Positions 19,611-28,842 of a DNA stretch of 64,000 nt are shown here, one piece after another (position 1 is the first letter of the stretch; every line of letters begins with the position of its first letter). The DNA lies in assembly GCA_021801645.1 (NCBI GenBank), contig JAJYXT010000010.1:25052-89051 (forward strand). Reading direction: 5' to 3'. This DNA comes from a bacterium. Lineage in GTDB: Bacteria > Chloroflexota > Dormibacteria > Aeolococcales > Bog-877. Position numbers and translations under genes: made by a program. Below the pieces are notes generated by a model. That model was not told the origin of the DNA. It did no database searches and worked only from the letters and a program-made list of their open reading frames with translations.

Positions 19611-21218
19611 ATGCCGGAGGAGATCAAGCTTCGCATAGGGAACCTCGCCAAGGCGGTGCTGGTCACCGGCCAGGCCTACCAGGATCCCAAGGACGCGCTC
19701 AACGAGTTCATCTCCAACGCCGCGGACGCCTACCTGGCGGCCGATCGTAGGGGTGGCCGGATCACAGTGGTGCTGCGGCGCCAGGGCCGCCATCCCCTGA
19801 TAGCGGTGGATGACGAAGGCCCTGGGATGGACGCGGACCAGCTGCGCCGGGTGGCCCGGAGCCTCTTCGAATCTCAGAAGGAGGGGGATCCACGCACCCT
19901 GGGCGAGAAGGCCATCGGCCTGCTCGCCTTTCAGCAGTTGGGGGGGCGCTGCGATGTGGTGACCCGGCCGGAAGGTGGGGACCAGACCCATTGCCTGCAC
20001 CTGGATCGAGGCAGCACCATCGCCAAACTGGAGCTCACAGAGCGACGCAGGGCCCGGGTGGGGCCCGGCACCACGGTTTACCTCGGGGACCTGGATCCCG
20101 ACGCCGTTCGGGGAATCACCCTCAGGAAGCTGGTCGACTACCTGCAGCGGCGCCGTGGAGCTGCCATAGAGCGCGGAGACTACAGCATCGAGGTGGTGCA
20201 GGGCACCCACTCCGAGCTGGTCGCCCCCTTTCCCCCAGACGGGGTGCGTCTGCCGATCCCTCCCCGGCCCACCCTCCTGGGCCGGGTGGAGTTCTCGCTT
20301 CAGGTGGCTCCAAGACCGGACCACCGCCGGCGTGTCGCCGTGGTGGGTAGGGCGGGTACGACGATCATCGATGACATCTCCGACCTGGACGACTTCGATG
20401 GGCCGCCGTGGAACAGCGATCAGGTCGCTGGGCGGATCACCTTCGAACGGCTGCTGCAAACCGCCGGGCGCCGGGGCATTCTCCTTGATCGACAGGTTTA
20501 CCCCGTATTCCGCAATGCGGTGCGTGAGGTGGAACCACTGGTGACCGCAACCCTGGGCCGGCTGGCGGAGGAGTCCGACAGAGAGGTCAGCGACCGGGTG
20601 TCTGAAGCGGTCCGCAGGATCTTCGGTAGAGTCCTTCGCGAGCTTAGCGACCTGGAAAACCCGATGCGGAGCTGGATGGGCAGTGAGGATGGTGACGGGG
20701 CTGAGCTGCAGCTGCTCGTGGAGGCCGGCAACGAAGACCCGCTCGCCGGCGACGACGTCGAGAGCGGCGACGAGGATCTCCCCATTTCGCTCCAACCGGC
20801 GGCCCGGCCCGAGCGTCCCCAAGAGCCCCCCGGGTTCCCCGAGAGCGGCTCGAAGGCCGGGCGCCAGCGCTCGCGGCACCTGCCGACCCTGATCCCGGAT
20901 CCCCACCCCGAAGCCGCGCGGAGCCGCTTCGATCCCGACGCCGGCGCCGTGCTCTACAACCAGAGCCATCCCGACTTCCTCCTGGTTCGCGGTGACGAGA
21001 TGGCTCTGCTGGACTACCTGGCCACCCTGGTTGCCAAGGAATACGTCCTCTACAACCGTCCGCGGGCGGCCCCGGAGGAGCTGGCTGAGGAGCTGATACG
21101 AATGCTGGTAAGGGTGCGTCGCCACCTGATGCGCAGCAGGGCGATGGCACACCATTGGAGTACCGGGAGAGCCCGCGGTCACAGCCAGAGCGACATGACC
21201 CGGGCGGGGCCCGCGTAA
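19611..21218 (+). CDS. GHKL (HATPase_c / MORC-like) ATP-binding protein of unknown function
   Basis: ALNEFISNAADA (N box), DDEGPGMD (G1), LGEKAIG (G2-like), GTTV; acidic linker and C-terminal YNQSHPDF domain. Confidence 0.8.
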   Translation: MPEEIKLRIGNLAKAVLVTGQAYQDPKDALNEFISNAADAYLAADRRGGRITVVLRRQGRHPLIAVDDEGPGMDADQLRRVARSLFESQKEGDPRTLGEKAIGLLAFQQLGGRCDVVTRPEGGDQTHCLHLDRGSTIAKLELTERRRARVGPGTTVYLGDLDPDAVRGITLRKLVDYLQRRRGAAIERGDYSIEVVQGTHSELVAPFPPDGVRLPIPPRPTLLGRVEFSLQVAPRPDHRRRVAVVGRAGTTIIDDISDLDDFDGPPWNSDQVAGRITFERLLQTAGRRGILLDRQVYPVFRNAVREVEPLVTATLGRLAEESDREVSDRVSEAVRRIFGRVLRELSDLENPMRSWMGSEDGDGAELQLLVEAGNEDPLAGDDVESGDEDLPISLQPAARPERPQEPPGFPESGSKAGRQRSRHLPTLIPDPHPEAARSRFDPDAGAVLYNQSHPDFLLVRGDEMALLDYLATLVAKEYVLYNRPRAAPEELAEELIRMLVRVRRHLMRSRAMAHHWSTGRARGHSQSDMTRAGPA

Positions 21219-21293
21219 TCCAGGGGCGACCATGGACCAACAGAGCGCGACATCCATCCGCAGGGCGCCCACTTCCCTTAGGAGACCGGAGCT

Positions 21294-22268
21294 TTGAAGA
21301 ACCTCACCACCTACCTGGACACCCGGGGGCTGCCCGACCGGTTGAGCGGCGGCGCCCGCCGGATCCCGATCGACACGCCGTCCGGGCCCCACCTCGTCTG
21401 GACCAAGCGCATCGGCAACAACCCCCAGCTCAAGGTCCTGCTCCTGCACGGAGGGCCGGGCTCGACGCACGAGTACCTGGAGGCCTTCGACAGCTTCCTC
21501 CCCGCGGCGGGAATCGAGTACTACTACTACGACCAGCTGGGGTCGGGCAACAGCGACCAACCCGACGCTCCCGAGCTCTGGCAGCTGGACCGCTTCGTGG
21601 ACGAGGTCGAGCAGGTGCGCCGGTCGCTCGGGCTAACCCCGCAAAACTTCGTCCTGTATGGGCAATCCTGGGGCGGACTGCTGGCCATGGAGTACGCGCT
21701 GACTCACCCAGGGCGGCTGCGCGGGCTGGTGATCTCCAACATGATGGCCAGCGCCCCCGCCTACACGGCCTACGCCGAGTCCGTCCTCGCCCCGCGGATG
21801 GACCAGGCGGCACTCGCCGAGATTCGGGCCCTGGAGGCCGCGACCGACACCGAAAATCCCCGCTATCTCGAGCTGCTGATTCCGCATCACTACGAGCGCC
21901 ACGTGCTGCGCATGCCGGCCAGCGAGTGGCCCGACCCGGTGCAGCGGGGCTTCAGCCACATCAACCCGGCGATCTACGTGCCGATGCAGGGCCCGAGCGA
22001 GCTGGGCATGAGCCGGGAGGCCAGCCTGGCTCTCTGGGACCGGGTCGGGGACCTGAGACGGATCACCGTCCCCACCCTGGTCATGGGCGCGGAGCATGAC
22101 ACCATGGACCCCGATCATCTGCGGGAGATGGCCCGGCTCCTACCTCAAGGGCGATACCATCACTGCCCCAACGGGAGCCACCTGGCCATGTATGACGATC
22201 AGGAAGTGTATTTCAGCGGTCTCCTGGACTTTCTGAGCGACCTGGACCGTGGGGCGAACAGCGAGTGA
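21294..22268 (+). CDS. Proline iminopeptidase-family alpha/beta hydrolase
   Basis: LLHGGPG, YDQLGSG.S, GQSWGG nucleophile elbow, HDTM, GSHLAMYD. Confidence 0.9.
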   Translation: MKNLTTYLDTRGLPDRLSGGARRIPIDTPSGPHLVWTKRIGNNPQLKVLLLHGGPGSTHEYLEAFDSFLPAAGIEYYYYDQLGSGNSDQPDAPELWQLDRFVDEVEQVRRSLGLTPQNFVLYGQSWGGLLAMEYALTHPGRLRGLVISNMMASAPAYTAYAESVLAPRMDQAALAEIRALEAATDTENPRYLELLIPHHYERHVLRMPASEWPDPVQRGFSHINPAIYVPMQGPSELGMSREASLALWDRVGDLRRITVPTLVMGAEHDTMDPDHLREMARLLPQGRYHHCPNGSHLAMYDDQEVYFSGLLDFLSDLDRGANSE

Positions 22269-22827
22269 CCAGTCCGGGGACCCCGATGCCACGGCGGCCT
22301 GGAACGGCGGAGCGGGTGTAGGGTCGCAGCGGAGGCGCGTTCGGCCAAGCTTCGGGCCGTAACCGCTGCCGGGGCTAGAATCCCTGGGCAAGCGACCGCG
22401 GGAGCGTGGCCCAGCAGGTCACGATGGCTCAGCGGTGAGCCCACCCAGCCGCCGCCGTCTCTCGGTCATCTGGCTTCCTCCTGGTTGACCTGCCCAGCAT
22501 GCCAAGCAGTTGTCCCAAGAAATCGTGGACCGGGGAAGACGTCGCCAATTTGGGGTGGAGGTTTGAGAAAGGCAGCTCCGCTCCACCGACTTGTGTGGGT
22601 CGCATTCAGCCGATGGTGCGGCGCGGACCCTCCAGTGGAACTCCGAGCGTGTGGTCCGGCTCGCGGAAAGGAAGCATCGCGTCCGTGTCCGTCCGTAGGT
22701 GAACCGCGAACCGCCCAAACTTTCGCCCGGGCTAATGGCCACGCCCGTTCGGGGTCTTTCCCGGGGTAGGGTCCCGCGGCAAGTGCTCGGCATTCGGTTC
22801 CGGCTATGTGGTCTTGACCACGGTGGA

Positions 22828-24254
22828 GAGAGCTAACGTCAGGAGTTGTGCAAATTGACCCGGGCCGTCGGCTGACCTCAGGGAAAGCGACGGCGTAGCC
22901 TACCAGGCAACGAACTCACGGAGAGACCCGCTGGAACGGGTCCGCACTGGAGGCTACGCCGTGTCTGCAAAGTATCAGATCCTGCCGCCCACCGCACCGG
23001 TGGCGGCGCCCCAGGACCTCTTGGAGGCTGTGGTCCGAAGCGGGGCGCACAGCTTCTGCGGGCCGCCTTGGAGGCGGAGGTGGAAGAGTTCCTTGGCCGC
23101 GCCCGCTATCAGCGGGTGCCGGAGTTCCGGGGCTACCGTAATGGCCACCTGCCCCGGCGCACGGTCGGGGTGGGCATGGGGGCGGTGGAGGTCCGGGTCC
23201 CGCGGGTGCGGGACGTTCCCCAGGAGATGGCCCCAGGCGGCTTTGAATCGGCGATCGTGCACCGCTACGAGCGCCGCTCCCAGACCCAGGCCCGTCTCCT
23301 GGCCCGCCTGTACCTGGAGGGGCTGTCCAGTGGCGACTTCGAGCCGGTGTTCCGGGTCCTGGTGGGCTCGACCGCGGCGTTGTCCCCGAACAGCATCCTG
23401 CGACTGAAGCAGGAGTGGGCCCAGGAGTACCAGCTCTGGAGAGCCCGGCCTCTCACCAATCGCTACGTGTACCTGTTCGCCGATGGGGTCTACCTCAAGG
23501 CCGGCCTGGAGCACGAGAAGACGGTCCTACTGGTGGTGATCGGGGTGGCGGCGGATGGCCGCAAAGAGCTGCTGGCCATCGATGAGGGCTATCGCGAGAG
23601 CCGGGAGTCGTGGGCTGGGGTGCTGCGCTCGCTGCGGGAACGCGGTCTGACCGAGCCGCCCATCCTGGCAGTCGGCGACGGAGGGCTCGGGCTCTGGGCA
23701 GCCCTGGACGAGGTCTACCCCGAGACCCGCCACCAACGCTGCTGGAACCATCGCACTCTGAATGTTCTGGACAAGCTCCCGCGGCGGCTCCACGCCGAGG
23801 CCCGCCGGGCCATCCACGCCATGTACGAGGCCCCCGATCGCCAAGCCTGCGCTGGGCTGCGAGTCACCTACTGCGCCCAGCTGCGAGCCCAGGGCCAGAC
23901 CGACGCCGCCGAGTGCCTGGAACGAGACTGGGACGACTTCCCGCAGGAGCACTGGATCCACCTGCGCACCAGCAACCCCATCGAGTCGGTCTTCGCCGGG
24001 GTCCGGCTCCGCACCGACGCCGCCAAGCGCATGCGGGTTCGCGAGAACGTGCTCTACCTGGTGTTCAAGTTGGCCGTTCGGCTCAGCACCAATTGGCGTG
24101 GGATCAACGCCCCCAACCAGCTAGACCTGCTCTTCGCCGGCCACCTCTTTGTGGATGGCCGGCTTCAACTCACCCAACCCCCACTGGATGAAACCGCCGC
24201 CTGATCCACCCGCCCCGCCTGGAGGCTTTTACACAACACTTGACAGGAGCTCCC
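22828..24254 (+). mobile_element. IS256-family insertion sequence, copy A (degenerate)
   Basis: Imperfect terminal IRs GAGAGCTAACGTCAGGAGTTGTGCAAA and (reverse complement) GGGAGCTCCTGTCAAGTGTTGTGTAAA; no target-site duplication found; ends +/-2 nt. Confidence 0.85.
22961..24204 (+). pseudogene. IS256-family transposase, frameshifted
   Basis: N-terminus MSAKYQILPPTAP matches copy B but shifts frame near 23050; a 6-aa deletion (RDWDDFPQEHW vs RDWGDFTAFYDFPEEHW); FADG, VGDG and NPIES DDE motifs present. Confidence 0.85.
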
Positions 24255-24276
24255 GGAGATCTGGGAGACTTGTCGC

Positions 24277-24882
24277 GTGGAGTACTTCGTCTATGGTCGG
24301 GACAAGCCCGACACTGGGGACGTGCGTCGGGAGTTGGCGGAGGCACATTGGTCCTTCATGGATCGATTTGCCGATTCGATGGTCGCGCGGGGACCGACAT
24401 TGGTCACCGGCAGTGAGGACGAGATGACCGGAAGCGTGCACATTGTCGACTTGCCGGACGCGAGCGCGGCTGACGATTTCGCCCATCAAGAGCCCTACTA
24501 CCGAGCTGGGGTCTTTGAGAGCGTGCTCATCCGGCGCTGGCACAACTCGCTCGGACGAACTATGTGGGACTTCGTCGGCGGCGGTGGCCGACGCTTTCTG
24601 GTGATCGGTCATGGGGCCGAGAAGGCGGCTCTCCGTCGAGCTGAGCTTCGCGATCGTCAGATCGAATACTTAGCCGACGGTGGCTTCGCAAAGGGGCTGA
24701 TTGTATGTGGACCCTTGCTATCAGATGACGGCTCCGAGTGGACGGGAACCGCCCTCTTGGTTGAGTTAGCCGACCGGGACGCCGCCGAATCCATGATGGC
24801 GAAAGGACCCTACGCCGAAGCGGGACTTTACGGGACAGTCGAGATCCACGACTGGCGCTTCGGTGGACGCCCTCAGACGTAG
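24277..24882 (+). CDS. YciI-family protein (tandem YciI domains)
   Basis: RRELAEAHW...RGPTL...GSVHIVD...EPYYRAGVF, followed by a second CGPLL...PYAEAGLY repeat; visibly more A/T-rich than the core genes. Confidence 0.8.
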   Translation: MEYFVYGRDKPDTGDVRRELAEAHWSFMDRFADSMVARGPTLVTGSEDEMTGSVHIVDLPDASAADDFAHQEPYYRAGVFESVLIRRWHNSLGRTMWDFVGGGGRRFLVIGHGAEKAALRRAELRDRQIEYLADGGFAKGLIVCGPLLSDDGSEWTGTALLVELADRDAAESMMAKGPYAEAGLYGTVEIHDWRFGGRPQT

Positions 24883-25182
24883 GCATCCGTCACTTCAAGA
24901 TCATTAAAGCGTTCCATTCTGAAAGACTGCCACGAGTAAGCAGGGGACGCCCAAGCGGAAGACAGGAGCGCACCCGATCGCATGCGCCCGATTCGTCCAT
25001 CTGCCCTTGTAACCCATCGCTGTAGAGGAATGTCTGCCAGAACGGGATCCCGACCACGATCTGACCCAGCCGTCGATTACCGGCACAGTCCACCAGATCC
25101 TGCCGCACTGGAGTCCCGCACGGGAGCGCCCTGGTGGCGCTCTGCATACCACTCGAGCAGGGCCCGCTGTCGGAGGACCTCA

Positions 25183-26626
25183 GCGAGGTAGTTTGAGTAC
25201 TTGTGGAAATAGCTGTCGAGGTCCGGGCTGACCGAGACAAAGACGGCGTAGCCTTCCAGGTGTTGAACCAACCAATCGGCTCGCGCCGCGGGTCGATCCT
25301 GGAGGCCACGCCGTTATGTCGAGACGCTATCAGGTTCTGGCACCGACCGCACCCGTTCCCGCTCCGGACGATCCCCTGGAGCAGTTGGCCCGCGAGGGGG
25401 TGCAGCGGCTGCTGCAAGCCGCTCTGCGGGCAGAGGTGGACGACTTCCTGGGCCGGGGCAGGTACCAGCGCGGTGGGGAGTTCCGGGGGTACCGCAATGG
25501 GCACCTTCCGGAGCGGAGCGTAGGGGTGGGGATGGGAGCGGTCAAGGTGCGCCAGCCCCGGGTCAGCGACGTCCCGGAAGGGGTGGAGCCGTTCCAGTCG
25601 GAGCTGCTGGGGAAGTGGGAGCGCCGGTCCCGGACCCAGGCCCGGCTGCTGGTGCGGCTGTACCTGGAGGGGCTGTCCACCGGGGACTTCGAGCCGATCT
25701 TCCGGGCCCTGGTCGGGGAGACGGCGGCGCTGTCGCCGAGCAGCATCGTGCGGCTGAAGGACGAGTGGGCTGACGAGTTCCGGCTCTGGCGGGGACGGCC
25801 GATCCGGGAACGCTACGTGTACCTGTTCGCGGACGGGGTGTACCTGAAGGCCGGCCTGGAGAAGGAGCACACGGCCGTCCTGGTGGTGTTGGGGGTGAGC
25901 GCGGACGGACGCAAGGAGTTGCTGGCGATGGAGAAGGGGTACCGGGAGAGCGCCAGCTCCTGGGGCGAGGTGCTGCGGGACCTCAAGGCTCGAGGGCTGA
26001 CTGAGGCGCCCCTACTCGCGGTCGGGGATGGTGGCTTGGGGTTCTGGGCGGCGCTGGGGGAGATCTACCCCCAGACCCGGCACCAGAGGTGTTGGAACCA
26101 TCGGCGCCTGAACGTGAGGGACAAGCTCCCCAAGCGGCTCCAGGCGGAGGCCAAGGCCACCATCCGGGAGATCTACGAGGCCCCAACCCGGGCCGAATGC
26201 TGCCGCCGGCGGGCTGAGTACTGCATTAAGCTGCGAGCCACCAGGCATGGAGATGCGGCGGACTGCCTGGAGCGGGACTGGGGGGACTTCACCGCCTTCT
26301 ACGACTTCCCTGAGGAGCATTGGACCCACCTGCGGACCTCCAACCCGGTGGAGTCGATCTTCGCTGGAGTCCGGCTCCGGACCAACTCCACCAAGCGGCT
26401 GCGCTCCCGGGAGAACGCCCTCTACCTGGTGTTCAAGCTGGTCCTCCGCCTCAGCACCAACTGGAGACCGATCAACGGCCGCAACCAGCTGGCCTTGCTC
26501 CTGGACGGGGAATACTTCGACGACGGTCGCCTACGACGAACTTCCACCACCAGGGAGGGTACTGCCGCTTGAGCAACTGACCCGTCTTCCTGGAAGGAAT
26601 TTCCACAAGGCTTGACAAATCCTCTC
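25183..26626 (+). mobile_element. IS256-family insertion sequence, copy B
   Basis: IRs GCGAGGTAGTTTGAGTACTTGTGGAAAT and (reverse complement) GAGAGGATTTGTCAAGCCTTGTGGAAAT; no TSD; ends +/-2 nt. Confidence 0.87.
25316..26572 (+). CDS. IS256-family DDE transposase (apparently intact)
   Basis: GYRNG, LYLEGLSTGDF, YLFADG, GRKELL, VGDGG, HQRCWNH, LRTSNPVES. Confidence 0.93.
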   Translation: MSRRYQVLAPTAPVPAPDDPLEQLAREGVQRLLQAALRAEVDDFLGRGRYQRGGEFRGYRNGHLPERSVGVGMGAVKVRQPRVSDVPEGVEPFQSELLGKWERRSRTQARLLVRLYLEGLSTGDFEPIFRALVGETAALSPSSIVRLKDEWADEFRLWRGRPIRERYVYLFADGVYLKAGLEKEHTAVLVVLGVSADGRKELLAMEKGYRESASSWGEVLRDLKARGLTEAPLLAVGDGGLGFWAALGEIYPQTRHQRCWNHRRLNVRDKLPKRLQAEAKATIREIYEAPTRAECCRRRAEYCIKLRATRHGDAADCLERDWGDFTAFYDFPEEHWTHLRTSNPVESIFAGVRLRTNSTKRLRSRENALYLVFKLVLRLSTNWRPINGRNQLALLLDGEYFDDGRLRRTSTTREGTAA

Positions 26627-27187
26627 GAACCGACTGCCGGCTGCGGCGCGACACAGCTCCCGCGCCTGGGCACCGCTCAAGGTCTCCATCTCGTGGGTTG
26701 CCATGCGCGGCGGAGGGACCAGGCCGACCACGTTTCTGGAGATTACCCCCCAGCGGACCGCGTCAGCCAGGGCCCGGTGCAGCACGGCATGAGCGTGGTG
26801 AACGGTGGATGGGCTGATCCCCATCCCCAACATCCGCCCGTGCAACGCTTGGACCTTCTGGACGTTGAGATCCCCAATCCGAGTTGCGCCCAGCAGGGGC
26901 AGGAGGTGGATTCGGCCCAGTTCCTCGTACCGCGTCCAGGTCCGCGGCCGAAGATTGGACCGTATCGACGGCAGCCACACGCTCCAGAACCTCCCGAAGG
27001 GCTCGCGCGACCCCAGGGGCAGCTGACCCTCCTGATTAGCCCGCAGCGCCGAGACCAACTGGCGGCTGACCGACTCCCGCGTCTGGCCGTACAAGCGGTA
27101 CCTGTGTCCACCCAGAACGACGGCCGCCTCCCAGCGACCATCCTTGCGCCGGTAGATGGTGCCTTCTCCAGCAGCCCGCCTACCCAT
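26627..27187 (-). pseudogene. Tyrosine integrase, N-terminal half only (truncated by IS256 copy B)
   Basis: MGRRAAGEGTIYRRKDGRWEA...ALADAVRWGVISRNVVGLVPPP...AAAGSRFE, colinear with the intact integrase; homology stops at the IS end, before the catalytic residues. Confidence 0.9.
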
Positions 27188-27972
27188 CGCCAGGGCCCCT
27201 TCCCAGTAGAGCTGGATAGACGGCATGGCGTGGTCCAAGCGCAGGATCCGCTCGAGTGTGGAGGCCACCCCGCAACGGGCCATGCCGGGGGGAGGTATGC
27301 CGTGCGGACCGTGCTTTGTCATAGACCATTCCGCAGGGTTAGGTCCGCTGAGGGCGGCGATATGGGCCGTCGAGGGGTCGGCGCTCCGAACCAGGACGCC
27401 GCCGCGCGCGTCGAAGGTAGCCACGGCCACCGCGAGCCTGCCGCGCCTCGGGTGGGCTCCGCTGGCGAAGCCGTCCACCGACTGACTTGATGCTTAAGGG
27501 GATCCTGATCTCGCCCTGATCTGAGAGCCGTGTATTTTGACCCCACGGTGTTACAGGCACTCGTGGGGCCACCCAGCCCCTCAGCGTGCTCGAGACCGAG
27601 ACCGGGCTGGGTCCAAGCCCGACAGCGGAACTGGGATCCATTGGGGACCGACTCCAGGGCTGCGGCGGTCCGGATTGGCCGGCCGCTGGCACCCCGGCCC
27701 TCCGACTCCACGGGCCGCCCTTCCCCTGCCTTGGAGGCCGGGCGGGCGGCCCACTGGTCGCGAAGGGTCCGGCTTCAGCTACGCCACCGGACCGCCGCGG
27801 TCATGGGCCACACCCTCCGGAGCCCGGCTGCGGTGTAGACGCTGGCCCGCACCGGTTCCATTCGTGGCGGGCGGCGCAAGAGGCTGGATCCCTTTGCCGT
27901 CAATGATGCCGTCAAGCCCAGGCGACCGACCCCAAAAATCGGACTCCGGAGGCCATTTTGATCTCAATCTGC

Positions 27973-28017
27973 TGGAGGCGACTCCGGGAATCGAACCCGG
28001 GATCGCGGTTTTGCAGA
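27973..28017 (-). repeat. att site: 45-bp duplication of the tRNA-Cys 3' half
   Basis: TGGAGGCGACTCCGGGAATCGAACCCGGGATCGCGGTTTTGCAGA, identical to 33709-33753. Confidence 0.95.
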
Positions 28018-28117
28018 TCCCCCGGATCCGTTTGGGGCCGTCCGCCGGCGTCCGTTTCGAGATCAAGAACGGACCCATCCGTCCGCTGAGGTGCGCCTGC
28101 GGCCGCCGAAGTTCGTC

Positions 28118-28143
28118 CGGGTTGGGGTCAAAATTGGGGTCGA
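28118..28143 (+). repeat. Candidate integrase arm-type binding sites
   Basis: CGGGTTGGGGTCAAAATTGGGGTCGA; 12-bp-spaced pair, repeated at 33624-33649. Confidence 0.6.
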
Positions 28144-28266
28144 GATGGGCAGGCTGCCAGAGGCACCCGACACCGACGCGTCCCGCGCACCAGCCATGTG
28201 GTCTCGTGGGGCCCGAGAGCCCCATCAGGATCCGGGACGGTACGGTTTTCGGCCCCTCCAGCGTTG

Positions 28267-28842
28267 ATGGCACAGGTGGATCATTTGAAACCGGTGGAGG
28301 ACACCGCACATGCCTCGTGGAAAGGGACCGACCGAGGGCGGGCAACTCTGCTCCCGTTCGACGAGGTCTATCAACGCCACAGCCACGACATCTACCGCTA
28401 CTGTCTGGCAAGGCTGGCGAACCCGGCGGCCGCAGAGGACGCAACCGCCGACGCGTTCATGAAGGCCTTCTCCGCCTACTTGAGAGTCCGACCAGAGTCA
28501 GACGGGGTCCGGCTGTGGCTATTTCGGATCGCCGGGAACGTCGTTAATGACCACAATCGCCGCCAGGTGCGAGGCAAGCGCCTGATTTCAGCGTTGGTTG
28601 GCCGCCTTGGATCTGCGCAAGATCCCGAAGCACAAGCGATCCTCACTGCGGAGGTGCGGGGAGTTCTTGATGCTCTCGCCCTGCTTTCTCCTCGAGAGCG
28701 CCAGCTGGTCGGCCTTCGGGCCGGGGCCGGACTCCCGTATTCGGACATTGCAGCCTTGACCGACATGAACGAGAACTCCGCCCGCGTCGCCACACACCGA
28801 GCGCTTCAGCGGCTTCGAGCCGCGGTGGGATCTCCCCGATGA
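28267..28842 (+). CDS. ECF-family RNA polymerase sigma factor
   Basis: FDEVYQRH...AEDATADAF...WLFRIAGN (region 2); LSPRERQLV...YSDIA...HRALQRLR (region 4); start approximate. Confidence 0.9.
   Translation: MAQVDHLKPVEDTAHASWKGTDRGRATLLPFDEVYQRHSHDIYRYCLARLANPAAAEDATADAFMKAFSAYLRVRPESDGVRLWLFRIAGNVVNDHNRRQVRGKRLISALVGRLGSAQDPEAQAILTAEVRGVLDALALLSPRERQLVGLRAGAGLPYSDIAALTDMNENSARVATHRALQRLRAAVGSPR

Noticed and set aside
19596..21560. 654-aa minus-strand ORF
   Set aside because: Antisense shadow of the GHKL ATPase and the iminopeptidase.
22269..22690. Gene or third att core in the gap after the iminopeptidase
   Set aside because: The short ORFs lack motifs and coding-like codon bias, and no tRNA-Cys-derived sequence was found.
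23040..23070. Programmed ribosomal frameshift in the IS256 copy A transposase
   Set aside because: No slippery run is present, IS256 transposases are single-ORF, copy B is continuous here, and copy A has a second lesion.
22828..26626. Composite transposon carrying the YciI gene
   Set aside because: The two ISs are clearly diverged from one another and no shared target duplication flanks the outer ends.
27188..27478. N-terminal extension of the truncated integrase, or an excisionase
   Set aside because: Homology with the intact integrase begins at MGRRAAGEG, and I could not recognise an HTH/Xis in the upstream sequence.
27973..28017. Second tRNA-Cys gene
   Set aside because: Only the 3' half, from the anticodon loop to CCA, is present; the D-arm and 5' acceptor strand are missing, so it is an att site.
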